Origin: Candidatus Nomurabacteria bacterium | GTDB taxonomy: Bacteria; Patescibacteriota; Dojkabacteria; SC72; JAHDCA01 | Length of the DNA stretch: 64,000 nt | NCBI GenBank assembly: GCA_020632375.1 | Contig: JACKFR010000001.1 | Coordinates: 85,106 to 149,105, forward strand | Direction of reading: 5' to 3' | Shown: positions 37,845 to 47,337 of the stretch, one piece after another | Layout: each line of letters begins with the position of its first letter | How positions within the stretch are numbered: the first letter of the stretch is position 1 | Translations under genes and position numbers: made by a program | Notes under the pieces: generated by a model | Told to the model about the DNA's origin: nothing | The model's input: only the letters and a program-made list of their open reading frames with translations | Databases searched by the model: none

Positions 37845-38522
37845 GTGAATCAAGCAAAAATTGGTCGTTATTCGGTTAAATATTTTGATCGTGAAGAATT
37901 TACAGGTCTTAAAAAAGAAATTTTTGATGAAGAGATCTATTCTGTTGATCTAGAAGTTTCCAAGCCAGTAATCCTAGATATCGGAGCATACATAGGTCTT
38001 TCGGTTTTCTATTTCAAATCGAGATTTCCTCTATCTACGGTAATTGCAGTAGAACCTAATCCCACAGCATTTGATATTCTGCGAGAAAATATTGAGATAA
38101 ACAATCTTGCCGATGTAATTCTTATCAATAAGGCCGTCTGGAAAACTACGGGGAAAAAGGGGTTTTTCATCGACGGGACAGAAAGAGGCTGGAATTCTAC
38201 CGCAGGCTTTTATAACGGGATGTGGACTGGTCGACAGAAAACTCGTGAGATAGCGGTCGATACTGTCACTTTGAATGACTTGGTCGGAGATAGAGGTATA
38301 GATTTAATGAAAGTTGATATAGAAGGTGCAGAAACAGCAGTACTAACTTCTTCGGAGAAAGCTCTCAAGCAGGTTCAGAATATTATAGTTGAATTTCACT
38401 CACTAAATAAAAGACAGAGTCACCGACTCTTAAAGTTCCTGCAAGAGCTCTATAAAGAAGTGGCCGTCACCCAAGTCGATCAAGGGCTTTCGGTTCTCAT
38501 GGCTGAAAAGCTAAAAAAGTAA
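37845..38522 (+). CDS. FkbM-family methyltransferase
   Basis: DIGAYIGLS (SAM-binding glycine loop), VIAVEPNPTAFDILRENIEINN, MKVDIEGAE. GTG start. Confidence 0.7.
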   Translation: MNQAKIGRYSVKYFDREEFTGLKKEIFDEEIYSVDLEVSKPVILDIGAYIGLSVFYFKSRFPLSTVIAVEPNPTAFDILRENIEINNLADVILINKAVWKTTGKKGFFIDGTERGWNSTAGFYNGMWTGRQKTREIAVDTVTLNDLVGDRGIDLMKVDIEGAETAVLTSSEKALKQVQNIIVEFHSLNKRQSHRLLKFLQELYKEVAVTQVDQGLSVLMAEKLKK

Positions 38523-39287
38523 AACTGAAATTATTCCTATTGATAAAATAATTCTGTATATTCCGAAAATTGTCAGAAAGTTCATCCTTTTCATTTTGTT
38601 TAAAAGAAAAAGAGCACAATAGCTTACAATAAACGTAAGTACCATCAGCAAGACTGCTTGATTCTTGTCCATATCGAGGCCACTTTTTACGAATTCAAAC
38701 CCAAAAGCTCCTAGCAGAAGTGGAAGCCCAATTATAAAGGAAAAGTCAAGAGCGATACCCTTTTCTAAGCCAGTCCAAACTCCTGCCAATGTTGTTATCC
38801 CTGAGCGAGAAGTTCCAGGAACTAATGCGAGTATCTGCATTGTTCCGATAAAAAGAGCCTGTTTCCAACTTACTTTTTTAACAATTGGAATACTATTTTG
38901 TTTTTTCTTTCTCGTTTTAATCTTTTGTTCTGTGAAGATCATTAAAATCCCCCAGAGCACCAGCGAAAACGCTATAAATTGTGGCATGTGAAAGACTTCT
39001 TCAATAAAGTCTCCGGCAAGAACTCCCACGATTCCCGCAGGAATTATCGCTATTATGAATTTGCCTAAATCGACAAGCTTTAGATTTTGTACTGTTTTAA
39101 TTAATTCGCCCCGATAAAAGATTAGAATTGCAACTGCACTTGGAAAATGGAGCAGTGTTAAGAGAGGAAGGCTTGGCTTTAAATTTATTAACTCACTGGC
39201 TAAAAGCAAATGACCCGAGCTTGATATTGGAAGTAACTCTGTTAAACCCTGAATTATTGAAAGTATTGCTGTTGAGAAGTAATTCAT
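38511..39287 (-). CDS. uppP: Undecaprenyl-diphosphatase
   Basis: GLTELLPISSSGHL and PGTSRSG motifs. Polytopic membrane protein. Confidence 0.9.
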   Translation of the reverse strand: MNYFSTAILSIIQGLTELLPISSSGHLLLASELINLKPSLPLLTLLHFPSAVAILIFYRGELIKTVQNLKLVDLGKFIIAIIPAGIVGVLAGDFIEEVFHMPQFIAFSLVLWGILMIFTEQKIKTRKKKQNSIPIVKKVSWKQALFIGTMQILALVPGTSRSGITTLAGVWTGLEKGIALDFSFIIGLPLLLGAFGFEFVKSGLDMDKNQAVLLMVLTFIVSYCALFLLNKMKRMNFLTIFGIYRIILSIGIISVLLF

Positions 39288-39296
39288 AAAAATTAA

Positions 39297-40217
39297 TTAA
39301 ATCTTAGTATTTTTAACCCTGGCCAGAAGATTGCCCGCCCATTCTTTGTCATTATTGCGGATGACCCTGACCCACAAGAGTGCAATCCAAAAGTATTTTA
39401 AAATATGGGCTTGAAATTTCCCTTTATTTTTTCTGAAAAAGATAAGCATAGAAACATATGTTTGCTCTTTAAGCCACAAATAGGAATTTGTCCTGGTTTC
39501 TGATGAGCTACCTCTATAGTGTTTGACTTCAACTTCAGGATTAAACAAGATCTTCCATCCGGCTTTGCGTGCCTTTATACAGAAATCTCGGTCTTCTTGA
39601 TACATAAAGTAATCATTGTCAAAGAAACCTAATTCATCGATAAGCTTTTTTTTGAAAAGCAGACATGCCCCAGACAGACCGTCAACTTCTGTAATAACTT
39701 TCGGTAACGGATGAACGAATCCTGGGCTGGTAGTCGTCTTGTTTATCTGCTGGATGATAACTTTATACATAAAACCTAAGAGTCCGATATCTTTAAGAAC
39801 GGTATTTTCAGGTATTCCTTCATTTGAAATAACTTTTGGGCCGATAATTCCTACCTGTTCACCGCTATCTTTCAGACTTTCTACTAATCTCATTGTACTT
39901 TCTCGGTCAATCTTTAAATCTGGATTTACGATCATCAGATATTCAAAATCAAATTTTTCTTCTCTGATTTTCTCGAGTGCAAGATTCATCCCACCCGCAA
40001 ACCCCAAATTGTTTCCTATCTGATAAGAATAGATCCAAGAAAAATTCTTGCGAACATAACCGATTAAATCCTCTTGGGAGTTATTATCAGCTAGAAAAAT
40101 CCTAATATTCGGCTCTTTTCTAGCCCACGCCAGAATGCTAAGAGTCTCTTTTGTTTTCTCTAAAGCGTTAAAAGTGACAATTATTACTGCAGTTTTCCCT
40201 TCAAATTTGTTTTCCAT
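39297..40217 (-). CDS. Glycosyltransferase family 2
   Basis: N-terminal AVIIVTFN, ADNNSQED (DxD-type) and QEDRDFCIKARKAGWKI, typical of GT2 enzymes. Confidence 0.8.
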   Translation of the reverse strand: MENKFEGKTAVIIVTFNALEKTKETLSILAWARKEPNIRIFLADNNSQEDLIGYVRKNFSWIYSYQIGNNLGFAGGMNLALEKIREEKFDFEYLMIVNPDLKIDRESTMRLVESLKDSGEQVGIIGPKVISNEGIPENTVLKDIGLLGFMYKVIIQQINKTTTSPGFVHPLPKVITEVDGLSGACLLFKKKLIDELGFFDNDYFMYQEDRDFCIKARKAGWKILFNPEVEVKHYRGSSSETRTNSYLWLKEQTYVSMLIFFRKNKGKFQAHILKYFWIALLWVRVIRNNDKEWAGNLLARVKNTKI

Positions 40218-40270
40218 TGCATTAGTATAGTTGTAGTTCGTAATTATTAAAAGTGTTAGAATCTTCTATC

Positions 40271-41035
40271 ATGATCAAGAGAGCTGCAAAATTATTTCTA
40301 TCAATGGGGGTCTTTTTCTTATTGGGTACGGTTTGCGTTGATGCTGTGAATGCTGCCGAATTCACTTTTAATCCTGATGGGGGATATGTTCTTGAAGGTG
40401 ACCAGTTTATTTTAGATATTCTTATCGATACCGGAGGACTTAAAGTTACCAAAGCTAGGGCGGTTGTTACTTTTGATCCAACTTTAGTTGAAATTGTTAA
40501 AGCAGAACGTCAAAACACACTTTTTAGCCAGTATCCCGATGATGAGCAGTCTACAGACAATACAAATGGTGTATTAATGCTGAGCGGTTTTACTCAGTCG
40601 GGCACAGATTCTTTATATTCGACTTCAGGAAATCCTGATGTTTTTGCAAGAGTAACATTTAAAGCAATTCGTGACGGAGCTGTCAGTTTCAATTGGGAAT
40701 ATACAGGCTCAGATGCGCCATTTAAGACAGTCATAATGGCAGATGGAAGTCCCCCACAAAATGTCTTAGACAGTAAGCCAGACTCAGCTTCTTTTACAAT
40801 TCAAGACACAAATGGCACTTCAACTGGTTCGACAACGGGTACCACAACGACCGGAAGTACCGGTAAATCTGATGTAAGTACTCCCAACACTGGAGTCTTT
40901 GATGAAAAAAATATTTATATTGGGCTTGGGATAATCGTTGGTGGAGTCCTAATATATGCAGGAAGTTCAATCCTATACAATGCTTCACGAAACGCTATCA
41001 GATCAAGGCAACGAACTGTCGTTGAATATGACTAA
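40271..41035 (+). CDS. Secreted cohesin-like-domain surface protein with Thr/Gly-rich linker and PNTG sorting-signal-like tail
   Basis: Signal peptide and a cohesin-like beta domain (GDQFILDILIDTGGLKVTKARAVVTFDPTLVEIV). Linker TSTGSTTGTTTTGSTG, PNTG (40883-40894), hydrophobic stretch, basic tail RNAIRSRQR. Confidence 0.6.
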   Translation: MIKRAAKLFLSMGVFFLLGTVCVDAVNAAEFTFNPDGGYVLEGDQFILDILIDTGGLKVTKARAVVTFDPTLVEIVKAERQNTLFSQYPDDEQSTDNTNGVLMLSGFTQSGTDSLYSTSGNPDVFARVTFKAIRDGAVSFNWEYTGSDAPFKTVIMADGSPPQNVLDSKPDSASFTIQDTNGTSTGSTTGTTTTGSTGKSDVSTPNTGVFDEKNIYIGLGIIVGGVLIYAGSSILYNASRNAIRSRQRTVVEYD

Positions 41036-42137
41036 TCCAAAGGTTGCAATAGTTCATAAGAGCTATCTTAAAAGAGGTGGAGCAGAGAGAGTGCTTGAAG
41101 TAATGGCAGATCTTGTGCCTGACGCCGATATATATTTTCTATTTGGTAGTAAGAAAAAAATCCTGTCTACCTTTCCTGACCGAAAAGTATATTTCTCATT
41201 TCTTCAAAAGATTCCATTTATAAAAAAACTGAACAAGGTTCTATTTTTCTTATGGCCGGTTGCTGCAGAAAGCCTAGACCTTAGCGGGTATGACCTTGTT
41301 ATATCTTCCAGTTCTGATGTAGCGAAAGGCGTAGTTACAAATTATCCCACAAAACATCTTTGCTACATGTACAGTCCGATGAGGTATTTATGGGATCAAA
41401 AAGATCTTTACTTAGAAAGATACTCTGTTCTACGAAAAATTATCCTTTTACCTTTACTAACAAAGTTAAGAATCTGGGATGTTTTCGCTAACAGTAGAAT
41501 AGATTATTTAGTAACAATTTCAGACTTTGTAAGTCAAAGAATAAGTAAATATTATGACCGAATTGCGGATCAAGTGATCTATCCACCGGTGAATTTATCT
41601 AAATTTATGAGTCTAAAGAAAGAATCTGCGGGAAACTATTTTCTTGCACTTTCGCCTTTTGAGGAGAACAAAGGAGGGGTAGATATTGTTAAATTAGCAC
41701 TAAGGAATAATATTAAACTAAGGGTAACTGGTATTGGGGCGCTTTACAAACGGTGTAAAAAGCTTGCCAGAGGTAATAAGAATATTGAATTTCTTGGATG
41801 GGTAAGCGAAGAAGAAAAGATCGAACTTCTAAGACATGCAAAAGGGCTTCTTTTTCTTGGAGTTGAAGATTTTGGAATTGCAGCTGTTGAGGCAATTGCA
41901 GCAGGGTTGCCGGTATTTGCCTACAAGGCAGGAGGTGCACATGAGATTGTCATCAACGAGGTCAACGGGATTTTGTGCAATACCCTGAAACCACAAGAGT
42001 TAGATACTGTTCTAAAAGGATTTACAGAACGTAGATGGGATAGAAAAACAATGTTTGATTCTGTTAAACATTTTGATGAGAGTATTTTCCGTGAAAAGTT
42101 TGGTAAACTTATACAACAAAATTTACAAGAAGATTAA
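41028..42137 (+). CDS. Glycosyltransferase family 4 (GT-B fold)
   Basis: N-terminal VAIVHKSYLKRGGAERV and C-terminal EDFGIAAVEAIAAGLPVFAYKAGGAHEIV (E-x7-E region). ATG at 41028 overlaps the previous stop by 8 nt. Confidence 0.8.
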   Translation: MTNPKVAIVHKSYLKRGGAERVLEVMADLVPDADIYFLFGSKKKILSTFPDRKVYFSFLQKIPFIKKLNKVLFFLWPVAAESLDLSGYDLVISSSSDVAKGVVTNYPTKHLCYMYSPMRYLWDQKDLYLERYSVLRKIILLPLLTKLRIWDVFANSRIDYLVTISDFVSQRISKYYDRIADQVIYPPVNLSKFMSLKKESAGNYFLALSPFEENKGGVDIVKLALRNNIKLRVTGIGALYKRCKKLARGNKNIEFLGWVSEEEKIELLRHAKGLLFLGVEDFGIAAVEAIAAGLPVFAYKAGGAHEIVINEVNGILCNTLKPQELDTVLKGFTERRWDRKTMFDSVKHFDESIFREKFGKLIQQNLQED

Positions 42138-43145
42138 ATGTCTAAGTGTACGATCTGCCTGCCGGTTTTTAATGGAGAAGCAAACCTAGATAAATGGTTT
42201 GAGGCAATTCTGGGTCAAACAACTGGCTTTGAATACGATATTCTTATTGTCGATTCCGGCTCAAAAGACAGATCAGTAGGGATAATTAAAAAATGGCAAA
42301 AACAAAGTCGCATTAAGGTGTCACTGATTGAAATTCCAAATATTGAATTTAGCCACGGCCACACAAGAAACTTTATGGTTGATCACTCGAATAGCGAAAT
42401 CTTGGTTTTTACTGTTCAAGATGCTTTACCTTTAAATAATTCCTGGCTTAAAAGGCTTGATGATGCGTTTGAGGTTGATCCTAAAATCGGGGCAGTTTTT
42501 GGCCGCCATATTGCTAATTTAAATGCTCACCCGATTAGCATGCGCTATATCGACAAGACATTTGAACAATACCGCAAGAATGTTGAAAGCCTTGCGTCGG
42601 CAGTCAGCAAGAATGGGGTGATTTACTACAACAATCCATCAGAGATTAAAAATTGGGATAAGTTTCTTGCTTTTTCAAATGTGAATGCCGCTTATCGAAG
42701 AGAAGTTATTAAAAAAATCCGCTTCGCAGAGATAGACTTTGCAGAAGATCGTCAGTTTGTGAAAGATGCAATTAAAGATGGCTACTTTGTAGGATATGTC
42801 CCAGATGCCGTGGTCTACCATTCTCACGATTTTAATCTTAAATTTACATTTAAAAAGACTTTTGACGAATGGAAAGCGATAAAAGAGTCGGGGGGCTATC
42901 AACATAAGTTTAGACCCTATCATATTTTTACCCAGTCACTTATTGGATATGGAGCGGATTTAAGATATATTCTTTTTTCAGAAAGATTAGCGATTTGGCA
43001 AAAAGTAGCTGGTATTGCGACCTCGCCTTTTCGGCAACTGACAATAAAGACTGCAATGTATTTCGGCTTAAACTATAAAGCTTTGCCTGAATACATGCAA
43101 AAAGTATTTTCGGAACAGGCTGCTCGCAGAAAAGTTGTTACATAA
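42138..43145 (+). CDS. Glycosyltransferase family 2
   Basis: ICLPVFNGE and ILIVDSGSKDRS N-terminal Rossmann-like GT-A signature, with a later aspartate-containing motif. Confidence 0.7.
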   Translation: MSKCTICLPVFNGEANLDKWFEAILGQTTGFEYDILIVDSGSKDRSVGIIKKWQKQSRIKVSLIEIPNIEFSHGHTRNFMVDHSNSEILVFTVQDALPLNNSWLKRLDDAFEVDPKIGAVFGRHIANLNAHPISMRYIDKTFEQYRKNVESLASAVSKNGVIYYNNPSEIKNWDKFLAFSNVNAAYRREVIKKIRFAEIDFAEDRQFVKDAIKDGYFVGYVPDAVVYHSHDFNLKFTFKKTFDEWKAIKESGGYQHKFRPYHIFTQSLIGYGADLRYILFSERLAIWQKVAGIATSPFRQLTIKTAMYFGLNYKALPEYMQKVFSEQAARRKVVT

Positions 43146-43164
43146 TAAATTAATCCATAGATTC

Positions 43165-44445
43165 ATGAATAAATTGCAATACTTAATTAAAAAAACGCTC
43201 TGGTCCTTTAAGAATTACGGTTTTAAAAAAACTCTTCATATAGTTAAAAACTGGCTTACAGTGCCATCAATGCGAAAAGAGAACCGCCTCAATCCCAAAA
43301 TGCGCTATGACAATGTCGATTTTCTCCTGAAAAAAATAGACTTTAGAAAAAACTATCTATATGGTGATCGAAAAAGCAGATTAAGCCCAGATTCAATACA
43401 TCTTTCCTGGATCTTATCCCCGTTTCATATTGGTTCAGGTGGCCATCAGACAATTTTTAGATTTATTAAATTCCTGTCAGAGAGGGGTTATAAAAATGTG
43501 CTTTATATAACTGATGGTCACAATTTTTCTAGTGAAAAAGAAGCAGCCCAAATGATATATGAACAATTTTTCCCGATCCAAGATCTTGATGTACGATTCC
43601 TTAAAGAAGAAGAGCTTGTAAATGGTCGAGCAGTAATTGACGATACGGATTTTGTTATAGCAACCCGATACAATACCGCATATTATGCTGCGCTCATAAA
43701 TAATTGCATTAAACGTTTTTACTTTGTACAGGATCTTGAGCCAATATTTTTTCCGATGGGCTACAATTATATTCTTGCTGAAAATACCTATCGATTAGGC
43801 ATGCACGCTATCTGTGCAAGTCCCTGGTTGGCGCAGCAGATGAAGAAATACAATCTCGAAACTGACAACTTTTATTTAGGTTACGATCCCGAAGTATATT
43901 TCAATCGTAATCTGGCGCGTGAAAAAGGAACGGTCGTCTTTTATGCCAGATACCAATCTGAAAGGCGGGCTGTAGAACTTGGGATGCTTGCGCTTGAGAT
44001 AGCCGCTCAAAAGGTCCCAGATATGAAAGCTATATTATATGGTGCCAATGATAACCTTTCGGGCTATGACTTTCCTTTCGAAAACAAGGGCGTAATCAAA
44101 TATGATGAAATGGCAGATATTTTTGCAAATGCAGAAATAGGCTTAAGTTTCTCATTGACAAATTATGGCTTGACTCCGACAGAAATGATGGCTTCGGGTT
44201 TACCTGTAATTGAACTCAAAGGCGAAAATACAGAGAATGTTTTTACACATGTGGAGAATGTATTACTTGCTGATCCTAACCCAAACGCTGTTGCCGACGC
44301 AATTGTTCGACTTTTAAGTGACGAAGCCCTTCGAGCAAAACTTTCCTCCGGAGGACTTGCTTTCGTTGAGGATAAATCTTGGAATAGTATTTGGGCTGGA
44401 CTTGAGCCTATGTGGCAACGAGAAATTTTGTCACTTGGTAGATAA
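43165..44445 (+). CDS. Glycosyltransferase, GT-B fold (WsaF-like / GT4-like)
   Basis: SPFHIGSGGHQTIFRF N-terminal motif and C-terminal GLTPTEMMASGLPVIELKGEN. TTG at 43135 is an alternative start. Confidence 0.6.
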   Translation: MNKLQYLIKKTLWSFKNYGFKKTLHIVKNWLTVPSMRKENRLNPKMRYDNVDFLLKKIDFRKNYLYGDRKSRLSPDSIHLSWILSPFHIGSGGHQTIFRFIKFLSERGYKNVLYITDGHNFSSEKEAAQMIYEQFFPIQDLDVRFLKEEELVNGRAVIDDTDFVIATRYNTAYYAALINNCIKRFYFVQDLEPIFFPMGYNYILAENTYRLGMHAICASPWLAQQMKKYNLETDNFYLGYDPEVYFNRNLAREKGTVVFYARYQSERRAVELGMLALEIAAQKVPDMKAILYGANDNLSGYDFPFENKGVIKYDEMADIFANAEIGLSFSLTNYGLTPTEMMASGLPVIELKGENTENVFTHVENVLLADPNPNAVADAIVRLLSDEALRAKLSSGGLAFVEDKSWNSIWAGLEPMWQREILSLGR

Positions 44446-44507
44446 ACAATATTGCTTGTTTGAAAACTGCCGTTTTGGTATGATTGTGGCAGCAAAAACA
44501 ATGGTGT

Positions 44508-44580
44508 GCCGAGATAGCTCAGCTGGTAGAGCACTTGTCTGAAGAACAAGGGGTCCCCAGTTCGATCCTGGGTCTCGGCA
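44508..44580 (+). tRNA. tRNA-Phe (anticodon GAA)
   Basis: Hand-folded: GCCGAGA-TA-GCTC-AGCTGGTA-GAGC-A-CTTGT-CTGAAGA-ACAAG-GGGTC-CCCAG-TTCGATC-CTGGG-TCTCGGC-A. Confidence 0.9.
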
Positions 44581-44584
44581 CTTC

Positions 44585-44650
44585 CCGCTAACCTATAGAG
44601 CGAAAAAGGGCGATATATAAATTGTTCTGCTTCGAGTTATAGGTTAGCGG
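44585..44650. repeat. Perfect 13-bp inverted repeat filling the tRNA-Phe / tRNA-Gly spacer
   Basis: CCGCTAACCTATA (44585-44597) and TATAGGTTAGCGG (44638-44650), separated by 40 nt. Confidence 0.8.
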
Positions 44651-44653
44651 CAC

Positions 44654-44730
44654 GCGGGGGTAGTTCAGCTGGCTAGAACAACACATTGCCAATGTGTAGG
44701 TCGCGGGTTCGAACCCCGTTCCCCGCTCCA
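44654..44730 (+). tRNA. tRNA-Gly (anticodon GCC), CCA encoded
   Basis: Hand-folded: GCGGGGG-TA-GTTC-AGCTGGCTA-GAAC-A-ACACA-TTGCCAA-TGTGT-AGGTC-GCGGG-TTCGAAC-CCCGT-TCCCCGC-T-CCA. Confidence 0.9.
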
Positions 44731-44811
44731 GTTTTAATCCTCTACAAAGGGTCTTCCACGCATTGTTTTGAAGTTTATACTGTTATTGAATGAGTCTGGG
44801 GACTTGCCACT

Positions 44812-45435
44812 CTAAAGCTTCCTCACATACCTGCGTTTTACATATATCTCAAGTACTAAAAGAGCACCGAGGTAGATTCCAACGATATTCAAGCCCAATG
44901 AAGCACTATACTTAATCGCATCATTAAGGTTAACGGAGACAACTCCCGCTGCTATATTGGCAATAGGGGGTACGAGTGAAATTGCAATTGCTATTCCTGC
45001 ACTTGTATTTGATCTATGTGGCCAAATCCATAGCAGAGTTCCTACAATTCCTGTGAGAAATGCTACCAGTCCGATGTCAAAGACAGTAAATGATTGCAAA
45101 ACATATGCTTGCGTAGCCGTATGATCGAGGAAAGATAAGAAAGTCCACATTGCAATACTGGAAAGGATCCCAATCAAGACGATTATAACAAGCGATTTCA
45201 AAGATTTATAAAACTTCTCTTTATTTTTAGATATTAAAAAGATCGCTGATGAAATAATGGGATCGAATAAAGGTGAAACAAGCATTGCACCGATAAGTAT
45301 ATAATCGCTGTCCATCTTGATCCCGAGTACTGCAAGCATGCTTGCAATTACTGTGAGTATAATTAGATCCTGGTCTAACGCTATTTCTTCTCCTGCTTTT
45401 GTTTCAAGCTTTCCGAGCTTTTCGAGATGATTCAT
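44812..45435 (-). CDS. DUF389-like integral membrane protein
   Basis: Polytopic membrane protein with GAMLVSPLFDPI and LVPPIANIAAG motifs reminiscent of DUF389/TIGR00341-type proteins. Confidence 0.55.
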   Translation of the reverse strand: MNHLEKLGKLETKAGEEIALDQDLIILTVIASMLAVLGIKMDSDYILIGAMLVSPLFDPIISSAIFLISKNKEKFYKSLKSLVIIVLIGILSSIAMWTFLSFLDHTATQAYVLQSFTVFDIGLVAFLTGIVGTLLWIWPHRSNTSAGIAIAISLVPPIANIAAGVVSVNLNDAIKYSASLGLNIVGIYLGALLVLEIYVKRRYVRKL

Positions 45436-45707
45436 GTTTTATAATAACACAAAGAGATCTTCTCAAACCCTCGGCCTGATTGATCCACCATATAACGCTC
45501 AAAAGAGAAAATACACACCAAAAATAGGATTGTGATTCTGCTTTGTTATGCAGGTCTTAATTGACTCGGTTATTAATTTTTATGAAATGGATTTTAAGAA
45601 GCCATACTGAACCAGATTTCTTCATACCCCCCTTTGAAAATATGATTATTGATATAAAGTTAAGATCTTGTTAAGATTCATAAAATTTAGCTTAATTTTC
45701 TTGATGA

Positions 45708-47279
45708 ATGAGTTCATTTGAATCAAAATTGGATAGGATATTGAGAACCAGTACCAAAATCTTTCTGCTTGGACTATTGTTTTGTCTAGTTTTTTTATTC
45801 CCAGTGAAATTATTTGACCCTGTTTTAGCTAATTCATCATATAAATCAGATCTTTTTTATCCTTCGTCGACTCTTAAAACTCACTTTGCTAATGGGCTTT
45901 TCGATGTCTCAACTGAAGATAATCTTGGTTGGCCATACCATACCCCAGAACTTAACCCTTCGTTTTCCCTTGCCTCTTCGCCTCTTATTGTAGATATTGA
46001 TAACGATGGTAAGAATGAAGTTATTTTCAGCTCTACTCCAGATGATGGAAGAATCTATGTTGTAGATTCAAATGGTGAAGATAAGTCGGGTTGGCCGGTT
46101 CAAGTCCCATATAAGTTATACAATTACATAGGCTTAGGTAGTCCAGCTGTCGCAGATATAAATGGGGACGGCAATCTTGAGATCTTTTTTCAAGGAACTG
46201 ACTATGCATATGGTTATGATCACTTAGGTCAGCCGCTTCCTCACTGGCCTATAGATCTTCGAAGTCCAGCCAGTTTAGTAACGTGGCGTATTCCAACACC
46301 TGTTATTGTCGATCTAAATAACGATGGGATACAAGAGATAATCATTGTTCATCTCTCCAGAACTTTTCATGTATTTGAACCGGATGGGTCTTATTTTCCA
46401 GGATGGCCTATTACTGATTTTCAAGACTCAAGAGCGGCACTCGATCAATCACCAGCCGTTGCAGATCTTGATAATGATGGATTCATGGAGATTGTGATTA
46501 ATGACATGCAAGGTGTCGATTATAACAGCAGGGTTTTTATATATAACCACGATGGAACTGCAGTAGCAGGCTGGCCACGAGTATATGAAAATAGATCAAT
46601 TACTGTTTCTCCGGTGATTACCGATTTAAATAATGATGGAAAGTTAGATATTATCGAGACTGGTTTAATAACGCCATTTAAGGGTTTCTTCGTTACAGCA
46701 TTTAATATCGATGGTAAGATACTTAATGAAGATTGGCCTCTCGTTATACCGGCGGCTATTTCATCTTTTGTGCCACGTGGTTTCGCTTTGGCAGATATCA
46801 ATGGTGATGGATCAACAGAGGTTCTTCTTTCAGCATCAGTTTCAAACGGGGTCTTATTCCCACAACACGGAACTGTTTTTGCAATAAGAAATACGGGGAA
46901 TTTGATTTGGCGTGGAGAAGTTTCATACTATCCACCTGAGGTGTCATCTCCTGTAGTTGCCGATATTACGAATGATAATACTCCTGAAATATTGCTCTCT
47001 ACTGGGAAATATTGGCTTAATGATCTGTCATATGGCCAAATTGTGGTATATGACAAGTCTGGAGAGATAAATCAGGAGTTAGTTAAAACCGTAGATGAAC
47101 CAATAACTACTACAATAGCCCTAGGTGATGTCACAGGAAACGAAAAGTTTGATATCGTGGTTCCTACAACTCGTGGAACAGTTTATCTTTGGGAAACTCA
47201 GGGCAATATCGAAAAGTCTTATTGGCCGTTCTTGCAGTACAACCCTCAAAGAACGGGCTTTTTCGACATTACTAGATAG
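45708..47279 (+). CDS. Secreted FG-GAP/VCBS-repeat beta-propeller protein
   Basis: N-terminal anchor and at least 8 repeats of the Ca-binding-type motif D-x-N/D-x-D-G-x-x-E/D (VDIDNDGKNEVIF, ADINGDGNLEIFF, VDLNNDGIQEIII, ADLDNDGFMEIVI, TDLNNDGKLDII, ADINGDGSTEVLL). Confidence 0.8.
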   Translation: MSSFESKLDRILRTSTKIFLLGLLFCLVFLFPVKLFDPVLANSSYKSDLFYPSSTLKTHFANGLFDVSTEDNLGWPYHTPELNPSFSLASSPLIVDIDNDGKNEVIFSSTPDDGRIYVVDSNGEDKSGWPVQVPYKLYNYIGLGSPAVADINGDGNLEIFFQGTDYAYGYDHLGQPLPHWPIDLRSPASLVTWRIPTPVIVDLNNDGIQEIIIVHLSRTFHVFEPDGSYFPGWPITDFQDSRAALDQSPAVADLDNDGFMEIVINDMQGVDYNSRVFIYNHDGTAVAGWPRVYENRSITVSPVITDLNNDGKLDIIETGLITPFKGFFVTAFNIDGKILNEDWPLVIPAAISSFVPRGFALADINGDGSTEVLLSASVSNGVLFPQHGTVFAIRNTGNLIWRGEVSYYPPEVSSPVVADITNDNTPEILLSTGKYWLNDLSYGQIVVYDKSGEINQELVKTVDEPITTTIALGDVTGNEKFDIVVPTTRGTVYLWETQGNIEKSYWPFLQYNPQRTGFFDITR

Positions 47280-47337
47280 TTTCACATACTTGAAAGGATT
47301 TTTTCATACTTTCGATTTCTGTATCTAAAAATATCCT

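Noticed and set aside
40956-41027. An upstream ATG extending the GT4 glycosyltransferase by 24 codons, overlapping the cohesin-like gene by 80 nt.
   Set aside because: The conserved GT-B N-terminus starts at MTNPKVAIVHKSY (41028). The longer version is just the alternative frame of the preceding gene's C-terminal anchor.
44163-44549. ORFs 44163-44549 (minus) and 44318-44542 (plus) from the track.
   Set aside because: They overlap the 3' end of a well-supported glycosyltransferase gene and run into tRNA-Phe. They have no motifs.
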